Source of the DNA: Octopus vulgaris
Taxonomy: Eukaryota
Direction of reading: 5' to 3'
DNA: 64,000 bases
NCBI GenBank assembly: GCA_951406725.2
Contig: OX597819.1
Coordinates: forward strand, 5,084,001-5,148,000
This document shows, in pieces, positions 12,736 through 25,061 of this stretch. A program made the translations under genes and the position numbers. The notes beneath the pieces were generated by a model, which worked only from the letters and a program-made list of their open reading frames with translations, did no database searches and was not told the origin of the DNA. Positions within the stretch are counted from its first letter, which is position 1. Each line of letters opens with the position of its first letter.

Positions 12736-12780
12736 CTCATAATTATTCTTTGCCTTAGCATCCTTTTTTTGTCTGCATTA

Positions 12781-13092
12781 GGCCGTTGCCAGCGCCGCCC
12801 TGACTGGCCTCGTGTCGGTGGCACGTAAAAAGCACCATCCGTTCATGGCCGTTGCCAGCCTCGCCTGGCCCCCGTGCCGGTGGCACGTAAAAAGCACCAT
12901 CCGTCCGTGGCCGCTTGCCAGCTCCGTCTGGCACCTGTGCGGGTGGCACGTAAAAAGCACCCACTACACTCACGGAGTGGTTGGCGTTGGGAAGGGCATC
13001 CAGCCATAGAAACACTGCCAGATCAGACCCCAGTTGAACTGTCCAACCCATGCTAGCATGGAAAGCGGACGCTAATGATGATGATGATGATG
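12781..13092 (+). mobile_element. RTE LINE 3' UTR (family D), young 5'-truncated copy
   Basis: Three ggtggcacgtaaaaagcacc units, ggaagggcatccagcc motif and (GAT)n tail; homologous to 33790-34248. Confidence 0.85.
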
Positions 13093-13650
13093 ATTAAATT
13101 CAGTTGACTGGATCAGGTCAATTAATCCTGTTTATTCTCAACCTGTATCATCTTATCTCTTAATTCAGTTGCACTGAATGTTTATGGTCTGATGCTAATG
13201 ATCATGATTCAGATTTATTTTTAGCCATTCTGTTAATTATCTCAGACAAGTTTGTCATATAGGCATAGTTGTGTGGTTCAACTGTTTCACAGCCATGTGA
13301 TTCTCAGTTCAATTCTCTCTCTGCAACAACACTTTGGACAACTGTTTCTACTGTGGCATTGAGTTAGTAATTCCATGTGAAGGAAATTTGGTAGATTGAA
13401 CTGAGAAATCGTCATCATTGTTGTCATGGCATTTGTTTTCTTTCTTTTCTCTGCTTTTTCCATGCTGGAATGGGGTTGGAAAAGATTACTTGAGGCAGTA
13501 TTATGTGGTCAGATACCCTTCCTGATGCCAACCCTTGTTTTAAAAACTTAGTACTTTATTCAGCTAGTCTTCACATATTGAAACTGCTGGGTGACCAGAC
13601 ATAAATGCCCATCGTCACTGCCCCCCAGTGGCGTCATCTTGAAAGCATGG

Positions 13651-13687
<37 letters not shown>

Positions 13688-14048
13688 CTCTCTCTCTCTT
13701 ATAAATAAATGGGCTTCCATACAGTTCCTGTCTACCAAATATTGCTCACATGACATTGGTCAACTCAAGACTATAGTAGAAGACACTTGCACAAAGTACC
13801 ATCCTGCGTGGATATATTGCAGACTTGTTAACCGCTCAGTCGTATGTGAGTTTGTGTTGAGTTGCATGCTTTTATGTCAAAAGCTAACTGAACTGTTTGT
13901 TTGATAGAAATCCATGAAATAATTACCAGAGGGAAATAAGTAACGGGGTTGATATGATCGATTGATAAATAACAGAAAAAGCATTAAACAGCCTTGAAAG
14001 TAGTGTTCTAGTACAGTGACTAAAAAAAGAATAAATGATACAAACATT

Positions 14049-14372
14049 AGGTGTGGCTCTGTGGTAGGAAGCTTGCTTCTCAACCAGATAGTAGAAAGCA
14101 CCTTGAGCAAGTGTGCTTTCTACTATAGTCTCAGGCCAACCAAAGGATTTGGTAGATGGAGACTGTGTTTGTCCCCCACCACTGTTTGACAAACTGGTGT
14201 TGGTTTGTTTACATCCCTGTAACATAGCAGTTTGGAAAAAGAGACTGATATAATAAATACCAGGTTTCAAAGAAAAAAGTATTGGGGGTCATTTCATTTG
14301 ACTAAAAGTTCTTCAAGGCGGTGCCCTAGTATGGATGCAATCTTACGACTGAAACAGATAAAAGATAAAAGA
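14049..14372 (+). mobile_element. SINE family A, diverged and internally deleted
   Basis: Head ggtgtggctctgtggtaggaagcttgcttctcaacc and tail gactgaaacagataaaagataaaaga. Confidence 0.75.
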
Positions 14373-14428
14373 TTAGCCTTGTGTATACAACAACCAATGT
14401 CAGTTAATAATATATAGTCCCTTCTTAA

Positions 14429-14632
14429 GGTGGCAAGCTGGCAGAATAGTTAGCATGCTTAGCAGCATTTTGTCTGTCTGCATGCTTTGAGTTCAAATTC
14501 TGCCAAGGTTGACTTTGCCTTTCATCCTTTTAGGGTCGATAAAATAAGTACCAATTGAACAGTGGGATGGATGTAATCGACTTATCCCCTTCCCCCCAAA
14601 TTACTGGCCTTGTACCAAAATTTGAAACCAAT
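14429..14632 (+). mobile_element. SINE family B, alternative tail
   Basis: B head and Meta-like body, ending ggccttgtaccaaaatttgaaacc. Confidence 0.8.
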
Positions 14633-14881
14633 ATCTAGTCCCTTTATTAATATGTCCTCAGTTTGAACATCTGTAGGGGTAAGAGATATGTGGTCAGAGG
14701 TGGAAGTTTTAAAAATTCTGTTAAGGAAACATTGTGAAAAGGAAAGTAATTGGTATGTTTGGTAGGAAGTGGAGGGGAGGCGGTTTGATGAAACCACTAC
14801 TCAGGTTGTTTCTATACAATTCTGACATAGACATTGTATACTATTCTATACAATTCTGACATGCACATCATATGATCTATG

Positions 14882-15271
14882 TGTGGAGGCGCAATGGCCC
14901 AGTGGTTAGGGCAGCGGACTCGCGGTCATAGGATCGCGGTTTCGATTCCCAGACCAGGCGTTGTGAGTGTTTGTTGAGCGAAAACACCTAAAAGCTCCAC
15001 GAGGCTCCGGCAGGGGATGGTGGTGATCCCTGCTGTACTCTTTCACCACAAACTTTCTCTCACTCTAACTTCCTGTTTCTGTTGTACCTGTATTTCAAAG
15101 GGCCGGCCTTGTCACTCTCTGTGTCACGCTGAATATCCCCGAGAACTACGTTAAGGGTGCACGTGTCTGTGGAGTGCTCAGCCACTTACACGTTAATTTC
15201 ACGAGCAGGCTGTTCCGTTGATTCGGATCAACCGGAACCCTCCTCGTCGTCGGAACCGACGGAGTGCTTCC
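14882..15271 (+). mobile_element. SINE family C (tRNA-derived), full length with TSD
   Basis: tggcccagtggttag A box and ggtttcgattccc B box; flanked by tatgatctatg(tg) at 14871 and 15272; second copy at 34871-35260. Confidence 0.9.
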
Positions 15272-16711
15272 TATGATCTATGTGGTGAATTTGCAGAGTC
15301 GTTAGAGCTGGCTCTTGGCATTTTTAGTCCAAATCCTGCTTTGGCCAACTTTAGCCTTTTTCCACCTTTTTGGGTTGATAGAGTGCTTGTCAAATACTGG
15401 CATCAATTTCCTTCATTCTTTCTCTCTTATCACATGATCTATATTCTTGTGACTTGTGCGTCATGTGATATACACTTCTGAAGTATACATCATGTGATCT
15501 CAGTCCTTGCCATTACCAGTCATCATCAACATTTAATGTCCATTTTCCAGGCTTGGCAGGAACTGGCAAGGCCAGGGGCTAAACCAGGTTCCTTAGTCTG
15601 TTTTGGTTTGGTTTCCACAGCTGGACTGATAATCCTTTTATCATTAATAGAAACAACAAGAGTTCCTTAAACTTCTTCCATGATAGACACTATTGCACTG
15701 CTTAGTTCACGTATTAAATTACATCACATAGATATTACAACCTATTTGCTCTTATTGAAACTATTACTATTTCCATCAACATCACTACTTTTGACAAGCA
15801 TCAGAATAAACTATACTCATTTATTTAAAGCTATTCAAACTCTTCCTGTGTATGGGTTGCATTTAGTGTTGATTTCCTGTTGACCTGCTTGAAATTATCC
15901 TACACTTCCTATCTTTACATTGATTCTAGTGTCTCCAAAAAACTAAATTCTTAGTTACATCTCCTCATAATTGAGCAGCGTGCCTTCCTCAATGTAATTG
16001 TGTTTTTGTAATACTATTATCTTGGCTATTTATATTCAGTTAGACTACAAACACTCATAGTTTGATTTGTACTCTAATATCAGACACCCTTAAAATTTTC
16101 ATTAAAGCCGACTGAGATGAATAAATAAAATTGTTGAGTTGAGGAGCAGATGGAGTTTCTACACCTTAATCACTCAGACAGGATAGTTACAGTTGATCAT
16201 AGATGACCTGGGACTAAATAGCAACAACAACAACTTATGATAGACCATTATTTTTCATAAGGGAAGATTTATGTCTCGCCTGTTTAATGTCAGTGACCTG
16301 AAGCTAGGTACTAGACCTTAAAAACTCAGGAGTCGTAGAGTTAAGTGCTGGCTCTTAGAGTTTCCCATGAAGTGAAATGAAAATTTTGTAATTCAATATT
16401 CAGTAATTTGTAAAATAATACAGATACATATTTTATTACAAGTTGCTGTCTCCAACCATAAGGGCTTTGTTTTTTATTTCACTGTGTTGGCATAGCTAGT
16501 GGTGAAGAAGCTTTTTAACCATGTTGTCTTGGGTTCAGTCCTGCTGTGCAGCAACTTGGGCGAGTGTCTTCTGCTATAGCCTCAGGCTGACCAAAGCTTT
16601 GTGAGTGGAACAGATTTATAGAAACTGAAAGAAACACGGGGGTTGATGTAATTGATTGGTCCCTTCCCCACAGATTTCAGGCCTTGTGTCTGGAAATTGT
16701 AGTTAAGATAC

Positions 16712-16965
16712 CCGTGCCAGTGACACGTTAAAAGCACCGTCTGAACGTGGCAGATGGCAGCACTGCCTGACTCGCGTCTGTGTCGGTGACACATAAAAGC
16801 ACCCACTACACTCATGGAGTGGTTGGCGTTAGGAATGGCATCCAGCTGTAGAAACACTGCCAGATCAGACTGGAGCCTGGTGCAGCCTCCTGGCTTCCCA
16901 GACCCCAGTTGAACCGTCCAACCCATGCTAGCATGGAAAACGGACGTTAAATGAAGATGATGATT
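16712..16965 (+). mobile_element. RTE LINE 3' UTR (family D)
   Basis: gtgacacgttaaaagcacc units and the D tail ending ggaaaacggacgttaaatgaagatgatg. Confidence 0.8.
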
Positions 16966-16985
16966 ATTATTATAATCATTATTTG

Positions 16986-17359
16986 AACTGGCAGAATCAT
17001 CAGCATGCCAGGCAAAATGCTTATTGACATTTCGTCTGTCTTTGTCTTGAGTTCAAATTCTGCCAAGGTTGACTTTGCCCTTCATTCTTTTGGGGTTGAT
17101 GTCTTTGACTTGTGCCCTCCTCCAAAATTTCAGGCTTTGTACCTGTAGTAGAAAGCGAGCTGACGGAATTGTTAGCATGCTGGACAAAATGCTTAGCTGT
17201 ATTTTGTCCATCACTACGTTCTGAGTTCAAATTCCACCAAGGTCGACTTTGTCATTCATTCTTTTGGGGTTGATAAAATAAGTACCAATTGAACACTGGG
17301 ATTGATGTTATTGACTCATCCCCACCTCCTCCAAGCTACCCTTGTGGCAAAAATTTAAG

Positions 17360-17360
<1 letters not shown>
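16986..17360 (+). mobile_element. Two head-to-tail family B SINEs with different tails
   Basis: The first ends ...gtacctgtagtagaaag; the second starts cgagctgacgg (about 17156) and ends cccttgtggcaaaaattt before (TAA)n. Confidence 0.75.
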
Positions 17361-17391
<31 letters not shown>

Positions 17392-18186
17392 TATTATTAT
17401 TGTTATAGAGGAAAGTAGGGCAGTGAGTGAACTGGCAGAATTATTCAAGTATTAGACAAAATGCCTTGCAGTATTTGTTTTGCCACTGAGATCAACTTGT
17501 CCATTCATTTTCCAAAGTTGATAAAGTACCAGTCAAGAAATTAAAGAAGCCCATTGTGTGTGTGTGTGTGTCTTGTCTATATGTCACATGGTGTTAGTAA
17601 TCAAGTATCATGGTTATCCAGGCAAGGTTGTTTGTTTCTAGTCTTCTGTGAAAAACATGTCTGGCCATAGGGAAATGTTATCTTGCTTGGAAATGGGTAA
17701 AGGTTAGCAACAGGAAGGGCATTTGGCTGCAGAAAATCTGCCTCAAAAAATTTCATCTGATCCATGCAAGCAATGAAAACTGGGCTTTGAATGATGACGA
17801 CGATGATGATGGTTATTATAAAGGTGTGAGCAGAAAATTTCACCGTGGAAGAATGAGATCTCAAATGAGAATTTGATGATGTGAAAATTAACAAGTAGTT
17901 CATTTATAAGACAGACAAGATATAGATTATGAAGCTCTTGGAGTGAGGTTCTTGCATTAACTGAAGAAATTAGAGAAGCAAATGAGAAATTTAACACACA
18001 GTACATAGGATGACTGAATCTTTTAAACAAAAACTTTTATAACTGAGTCTGTTCCATCTTGTTAAGCAGCTAATTATTATAGATATTGATGTTGATGTTG
18101 ATTTAAGCTTTTCATTACTACATTTCTGTTGAATTGCACTACTTTGGTTTCAATTAATTTTGAAATTAATGAAGAATTTAATAAAA

Positions 18187-18802
18187 GACCAGGCAGGACA
18201 AGTGAGTCCAGCCCACTTATGCATGCCTTTCCTCCCTTGGACACACAAAGACCTGTTGAGGCAAGCGAAGTCGATATCGAACCTCATCCGACGACAGGCA
18301 CCCACGCCAACCCCACTTTGCTTGCGAAGACCTATTGGGGCAAGTGAAATCGAAATCGGAATCGAAATTGAACCAATCCTATGAGTGGCACCCGGCAGAT
18401 GCCAGGACCCCTGGACTGGTGGTACGTAAAAAGCACTATCTGAATCGTGGCCGATGCCAGTGCCGCCTCGACTGGCTTCCATGCCGGTGGCATGTAAAAA
18501 GCACCATCCGAATCGTGGCCGATGCCTGTGCCGCCTCGACTGGCTTCCGTGCCGGTGGCACGTAAAATGCACCAATCTGACCATGGCTGTTGCCAGCCTC
18601 GCCTGGCACCTGTGCAGGTGGCACATAAAAAGCACCCATTACACTCATGGAGTGGTTCGCGTCAGGAAGGGCATCCAGCTGTAGAAACACTGCCAGATAA
18701 GACTGGAGCCTGGTGCAGCCTTCTGGCTTCCCAGATCCCTGGTCGAACCGTCCAACCCATGCTAGCATGGAGAACGGACGTTAAACGATGATGATGATGA
18801 TG
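18187..18802 (+). mobile_element. RTE LINE 3' region (family D), young
   Basis: Four gtggcacgtaaaaagcac-type units, D tail and (GAT)n. Confidence 0.85.
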
Positions 18803-18939
18803 AACTTTTGTTATTAAGCTGGTGTTTGGAACATAAAAGAACATGAAATTTCAACGGAAGGTTTTAATTTCAATCAGTTTAAAACTAGAGGTTTTCATCA
18901 TAGAAAATCTTGTATTAGGTAATCTCAAGTCAGTTGGTA

Positions 18940-19344
18940 CCTCTTTTACTCTTTTACTTGTTTCAGTCATTTGACTGTGGCCATGCTGGAGCACCACCTT
19001 TAGTTGAGCAAATCGACCCCAGGACTTATTCTTTGTAAGCCTAGTACTTATTTTATCGGTCTCTTTTGCTGATCTGCTAAGGTACAGGGATGTAAACACA
19101 CCAGCATCGGTTGTCAAGCAATGTTGGGTGGACAAAAACAAACACATAAACACACACACACATACATACATATATATACACGACGGGCTTCTTTCGGTTT
19201 CCGTCTACCAAGTCCTCTCACAAGGCTTTGGTCGGCCAGAGGCTATAGCTGAAGACACTTGCCCAAGGTGCCATGCAGTGGGATTGAACCTGGAACCATG
19301 TGGTTGGTAAGCAAACTACTTACCACACAGCCAATTCTGCACCT
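18940..19344 (-). mobile_element. SINE family A, full length
   Basis: Reverse match to the A consensus over about 400 bp. Confidence 0.9.
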
Positions 19345-20587
19345 AAAAGCCAAATGGGTTAAACATGTAACCAATAGAGGTAATAGATTTAAAGTTCACA
19401 ATTTTTTGCCATCTTCCTATTTGCCATACATGAGTTGGGTCTGTAACATAGCAATTCTCAAATTGTATCAGTTCTGCATCATTTCTCCTATGGCAGCCAA
19501 TGTTATCAAGTTTTTTATAAGTCTTCTTTAGTCTCTTTGTACTATAAGTACATTCCAACATCAACTCCTGACACACATTCACCAGAGTAACTTTGCTTCC
19601 TCCAGCTTGCTTGACCTATAAATAATAGTTTACAATTGCATTTCATGGTTGACTGGTTTATTTTAGAAAACACCCAACTATAAGAGCAATTGCTCCCACA
19701 AAATCCATCATACCATAAGAAAAATTGACTACTAGGATTGGTGGCATACTGGTAGTTTACAACCCAGCAGTTTGAATTATTTTCTAAGATATTGAGTATT
19801 TTGTATTCAAATGGATATCAAGCAAAGGAGTTGAGTAGAGAGTTTTTTCAATGTGGAAGTTGTCATATATTATTTGTGATTGATGAAATAGTTGAATGTA
19901 ATGGTCTTAACGTATGTTGCAATATAAAGAGTGGTTTAGTGATATTAATGATGAGGCTTTCTAAAATATTTGAGTCTATATAGACATGAAATAGCTCTAT
20001 GTGATGTTACTTCACTTGGGTTGTGTATGAGCTCTAGAATTGTAATTTTGCAAAGTTTTCAAATTCAAAGAATTGGACAATATTACTAGAGTTTGTTATT
20101 TAGTCCCAGATCAGCCCTGATTAAGCAGCCCTATAATTAAAGACACCCCAGCTGTGACCATCCCAACTTTTTGTACATCTGTGACAACACTTGGCCTTAT
20201 TTTATTTTCATGGTGTAGGGGTGTCATTTTAAAAATAAACACTCACATCATCAAAATATCAAAACTAGAAGATAATGCATGATTAATTCAAAACAATATG
20301 AATGAATAAGTATTGCATTTGACAGAGCAATCTGAATGCAAAAGGGTTAAAAAAGGAAATAATCATTGAAATTTAGTGACAATGTAACAATGGTTTCAAA
20401 ATTTGGCACAAAGCCAACAATTTTAGTGGGTACTTATTTTATTGACTTTGAAAGGATGAGACAGAGTATACCATAGCAGAATTTGAACTCAAAACATAAA
20501 GAACTAGGGAAAATGCTGCCAAGCATATTTTCTGGCATGCTAATGATTCTGCCTGCTCATTACTTTAATGGTAATCTAATAAGAGAC

Positions 20588-20818
20588 GGCGGCGAGCTGG
20601 CAGAAACGTTAGCACACCGGGCGAAATGCTTAGCGGTATTTCGTCTGCCAATACGTTGTGAGTTCAAATTCCGCCGAGGTCAACTTTGCCTTTCATCCTT
20701 TCGGGGTCGATTAAATAAGTACCAGTTGCGTACTGGGGTCGATATAATCGACTTAATCCGTTTGTCTGTCCTTGTTTGTCCTCTCTGTGTTTAGCCCCTT
20801 GTGGGTAGTAAAGAAATA
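20588..20818 (+). mobile_element. SINE family B, young full-length monomer with 18-bp TSD
   Basis: TSD ggtaat(c/t)taataagagac at 20570-20587 and 20819-20836. Confidence 0.9.
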
Positions 20819-20839
20819 GGTAATTTAATAAGAGACATT

Positions 20840-21600
20840 TTATTACATATCAGAAATTTCTTCCTGTCATACAAAATGTTACCAGATCTTTGTACTGTTT
20901 GTATGGTCACAGCTATCTGGAAGACTGCTAGCATAAGAAAATATTAAAAGAAGCAATTACAAGGACAAGAAATTATGATATAAGACACAATCTTTAAACT
21001 GATGAAAAATAAACTCAAAATCAGTGGAAAATATTTTGAAATTATTTTCAAAACCTGCAATGAAAACTAAGTTTGTTTATTAACCAACTGTTTGGAGATT
21101 GTAAACATAGGAATATTGATGTGGAGATGAGTTTCATTGTGAAATAATAAGAGAACATGAGAGTGATCAATAATGATTGCTTCAACATGACTGTTAAAAA
21201 AACTTCTCCGTAGGTTTGGATAAAGCTAGATTTTATCTTATGACTCAGTGGGATTAAGCTAATGAGATTAATTTTCATCTGAATAGGACTGGGAATATTG
21301 CCTCTTCTAAAAGTATTCTGGTGTGAAATACAGTGTAATGTATGTTGTAAACATCATTTCACAATGCATGTGTTAGTAGTAGTATACTTTACTCAAATAT
21401 AATAATAGTGTTGAATGATGATACATGCTCTTCAAATGTCCAAAACAAAGTCTGGTGCTGAGATGAATATCTATTTAAGAAACTCAACTTTATGCTTAGA
21501 GAGGATTTAGTTTTAGTCATCCTATCAAATCTCAACTGAGGAGGACTAATTAGACTGAAACATGTATGTGGATTTCACTTGTTGACTTTAAAAACCAGAT
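20840..21600 (+). mobile_element. Possible heavily decayed Penelope-like element
   Basis: A-rich coding-like remnant ending in a minimal hammerhead motif. The protein similarity is only impressionistic. Confidence 0.3.
21527..21575 (+). ncRNA. Minimal type I hammerhead ribozyme motif, degenerate (Penelope-type)
   Basis: aaatctcaa-CTGAGGA-ggactaattagact-GAAA-catgTA-tgtggattt, with palindromic ACATGT in place of stem III. Confidence 0.55.
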
Positions 21601-22426
21601 TCGTTTTAATCTGCATTGTCTATATTATTGCTTAAAAAAATTTCCTCACCTAATCCTAATAGAGTTTTTATATCACTTGTGTGGTTTTAGATTTTAAACA
21701 TCGTAGGGAATTTTTGTCTGCAAATAGTTTGCATAATCTCAAATGGCCAATTTTTCAGCTCACAATATTATATGTATGAGACTTTACTGCATTTATAAAA
21801 AACATAACACATCTCATCAGAAATGCTTCAATAAATTTAGACTTCAGTTGCAATCAACACTTGTACTATTGATATTGGCTGCCCTACACATCATCAACAT
21901 CTTCTGCATACTACAAGATTCATATACACAACATTTGCAAAATATCAAAAATATTCATAGCAGGACAGCCTGATTAACAAAACAGAAAGTAAAGGAGGAG
22001 TTCATGAAGTTAAAACAGCAGAATTATTGATTTTGTTTGTGTGGTTGTTTCTTTTCAATAGTGATTCTATTTGTATGAATGTTCATGTGATTAATGCAAC
22101 CAGTCTGTTCAAATGTCTTCAAGTAGGACTTAAAAAGCTGAATAGAAATCCTGGTTAATGTATGCTTTGAACAGCAATTCAAATGAAGCAGATGTGTTTA
22201 TTTATTTATTTATTTTCTCTAAATAATCAGTAGAATTATACAAGTACCTTAGTACTTTTTGAATGAGAAGTATCATTTGATGTAATGATAAATTTTTGTT
22301 ATAAAATAAACTCTGGGAGACTTTGAGAATTCATCAAACTTAAACATTATATATATAACAAAATCTTTACTGATTTGAAGACTACAAAACTATTCAGAAA
22401 GCTGACTTTAATTTTTATCATATTAA

Positions 22427-22647
22427 CCCTTTCATTACCAACCCGGCTGAAACCGGCTCTGACCCTGCAGTATAAATGTCTTGTTTTCATTAGTTCTGAA
22501 TTAAAATCTTCCACCAAACCTTAGTCACAATTTATGTTCCTAACACTAGCTTAATGATAGCTAAGTTATTTTACTAAATTCTTTGTTATATTTAAAGTAA
22601 TTGGAAGAAACTCAGAGTATCTGAAAATAAATACAGTAACGAAAGGG
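22427..22647. mobile_element. piggyBac-type MITE, family E
   Basis: TTAA TSDs at 22423-22426 and 22648-22651; TIR CCCTTTC(A/G)TTAC / GTAACGAAAGGG; four copies in the window. Confidence 0.9.
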
Positions 22648-22651
22648 TTAA

Positions 22652-23318
22652 GTGCAGGTATGGTGCTGTAGTAAGAAGATTACTTCCTCACTCTTTGGTT
22701 CTAGGTTTAGTCCAACTGTGGGCAAGTGTCTTTTATTTCTTTATTGCCTACAAAGGGCTAAACATATAGGGGACAAACATGGACAGACAAAGGGATTAAG
22801 TCGATTACATCGATCCCAGTGCGTAACTGGTACTTAATTTATCGACCCCGAAAGGATGAAAGGCAAAGTCGACCTCAGCGGAATTTGAACTCAGAACGTA
22901 ACAGCAGACAAAATACCGCTAAGCATTTCGCCCGGTGTGCTAACGATTCTGCCAGCTCACTGCCTTGGGCAAGTGTCTTTTATGGCTCCAGGCTGACCAA
23001 AGCCTTGTGAGTAAATCTGGTAAATGGGAACAAAGGAAGCCTGTCACACACACATACACACGCGCACGTGTCTGAGTTGGTGTCCCCCTGTTCTGACATT
23101 GTGTGATTGTTGTAAACAGGTACTACCATCATATGGGCATCATCCTGTATTTCCAATCTTCCATGAAAACACATGCAGCTATGATGAAATATTACCTTCC
23201 GTGGAAACAGGTGAGAGCTGCTGACAGAAAGGGTTGTAAAAGCTCAGGTCCAACACATTCTGTCTGGCCCATGCAAGCATTGAAAAGAGGACGTTAAAGC
23301 CATGATGATGATGATGAC
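22652..23318 (+). mobile_element. SINE with family A head and RTE-derived tail, interrupted by a family B SINE
   Basis: A-like head and body (gggcaagtgtcttt...aaagccttgtgagt) ending ggacgttaaagccatgatgatgatg. Confidence 0.7.
22737..22965 (-). mobile_element. SINE family B with 18-bp TSD
   Basis: tgggcaagtgtcttttat at 22719-22736 and 22966-22983. Confidence 0.9.
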
Positions 23319-23557
23319 GAAAGTTTTAGCTTAACATTGTAATTGACATAGCATTATTATTCAGCCAGGATTAGTTGTAAAGTTAATTTGGGATTTCACA
23401 CCAAATCCACAGACAATAGATTTACAGTTTAAGGCAAATTAAGATCCTAAAAATAACTATGAATAATTTTCATTATGTGATTATTGTTAATACAGTTGAT
23501 TAACTGATAAACATATGAGCATGTAGATTTGGAAGTGTGTGTGTGTGTGTGTACATA

Positions 23558-23708
23558 CTCAAGGGTGTGCTGGGAAGTTCCTGGTTTTGGGTAAGAGAAA
23601 ATACGAGAAGATCAGTTATGATTTTATTCAACATAATCCCCTCTCAGATTCACACACTTATTGCAGTGGTCCTTCAGTTTTTCTAAACCCTGTAAAAGAA
23701 CTCGGAAA
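23558..23708 (-). mobile_element. mariner transposon 3' end remnant
   Basis: Minus strand translates to ...LLQGLEKLKDHCNKCVNLRGDYVE*, matching the mariner C-terminal motif (KC...GDYVE), followed by a TIR-like end next to TA. Confidence 0.8.
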
Positions 23709-23937
23709 AATTGTATGCCTGTTTTCCCTAGCTACCATAGGTTAGTTGAATATGTTATTCTGCCAGCTTGCTACCATATATTTGCTTTCAGTATTAATCT
23801 ACAACATTTCAAACTAAATCATATGGCTTTGAGTTCAGTCCTCATGCGTGACATTTTGGGCAAGTGTGTTCTGCTGTAGCCTCAGAAATTGTGTGCAATT
23901 GATAATGTATGTGCATGTGTTTGTGTGTGTGTGTATA

Positions 23938-24436
23938 TATTCTTTTATTCTTTTACTTGTTTCAGTCATTTGACTGAAGCCATGCTGGAGCACTGCCTTT
24001 AGTCGAGCAAATTAACCCTGGGACTTATTCTTTGTTAGTTTACTACTTATTCTGCTGGTTTCTTTTGCTGAGCTACTAAGTTAAGGGTACGTAAACACAC
24101 CATTGGCTGTCAAGTGATGGAGAGGAGTCAAACACACACACACACACATATATATATGACAGCAAATATTTATATATATATGTATATATATATATATTTG
24201 CTGTCATATATATGTGTATCATCATCATCATCATTTAGCGTCCGCTTTCCATGCTAGCATGGGTTGGACGGTTCAACTGGGGTCTGTGAAGCCAGAAGGC
24301 TGCATCAGGCCCAGTCTGATCTGGCAGTGTTTCTATGGCTGGATGCCCTTTCTAACGCCAACCACTCCGTGAGTGTAGTGGGTGCTTTTTACGTGAGGCT
24401 TCTTTCAGTTTCCATCTACCAAATCCACTCACAAAG
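23938..24436 (-). mobile_element. SINE family A interrupted by a family D fragment (24219-24394)
   Basis: The A sequence breaks at tatatatgacag and resumes at ggcttctttcagtttcc; the D tail lies between. Confidence 0.75.
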
Positions 24437-25061
24437 ATTATTATTATTATTATCATTCAGGTCACTCTAATTTTTCAGTTAAGCCATTACAACAGCAGTC
24501 AGAGAAATGAGAGAATATTTTGCACAACATTATAGAAACGTCTTCAGTTACAAAGCTAACCTGTGTATTGGTAATCTGGTAAATAGAATGTAAACAGAAG
24601 CGATAATCAGAATATAGAATTGAGATTATACAGCAATCTGTATTTCCAAATGTTCAGCACAGCATGTGACTTGTTTATGTTTCACTCACTTTTAAAATCT
24701 CTTCACTTGAAAATTTCTAGTCACACAAAATATTCAGTGTTAGAAGCTTGTTTTTTTCTTTTCTTTTTTCTTTCTTCCTCCAATGCAGTGTTCATCTGTT
24801 GCTGGAAGGAGATAGGGAGGGGTTGGTAGTAAACAGTAAATCACTACTGACTTTTATTACTATCCAATACCAGATGGTGCTTTATATATAGCTTTCAGAA
24901 ATATCACTTCTCCTTTCTGTAATGTCTGTTTTACATGAACTATGCATCATAGAATGGGCTTTCCAAGAGCATAACAGAGGTTCTCAACCATTTTTTTTTT
25001 TTTATCTATGGGCACCTTTGATTACTATTTTATTCTGGTGGACCCCCCCCCAGATGTGTTT

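Larger units (their letters stand above)
18103..19362 (-). mobile_element. Old MITE related to family E, split by two retroelement insertions
   Basis: Segments 18103-18186, 18803-18939 and 19345-19362 join into a sequence colinear with reverse-complemented MITE E, ending atgggttaa. Confidence 0.55.

Noticed and set aside
14882-14960. tRNA gene
   Set aside because: It is the tRNA-derived head of SINE family C, continuing into a body with a TSD.
18150-18791. Longest ORF (161 aa) and overlapping ORFs
   Set aside because: These lie in the GC-rich tandem modules of the RTE 3' UTR and are open on both strands.
20811-20825. aaataggta at the end of a B monomer, resembling the multimer junction
   Set aside because: The ggta belongs to the 18-bp target-site duplication.
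24750-24840. Strong pyrimidine tract with aatgcag acceptor
   Set aside because: Only weak donors follow, and the tract may be a simple T/C low-complexity run.
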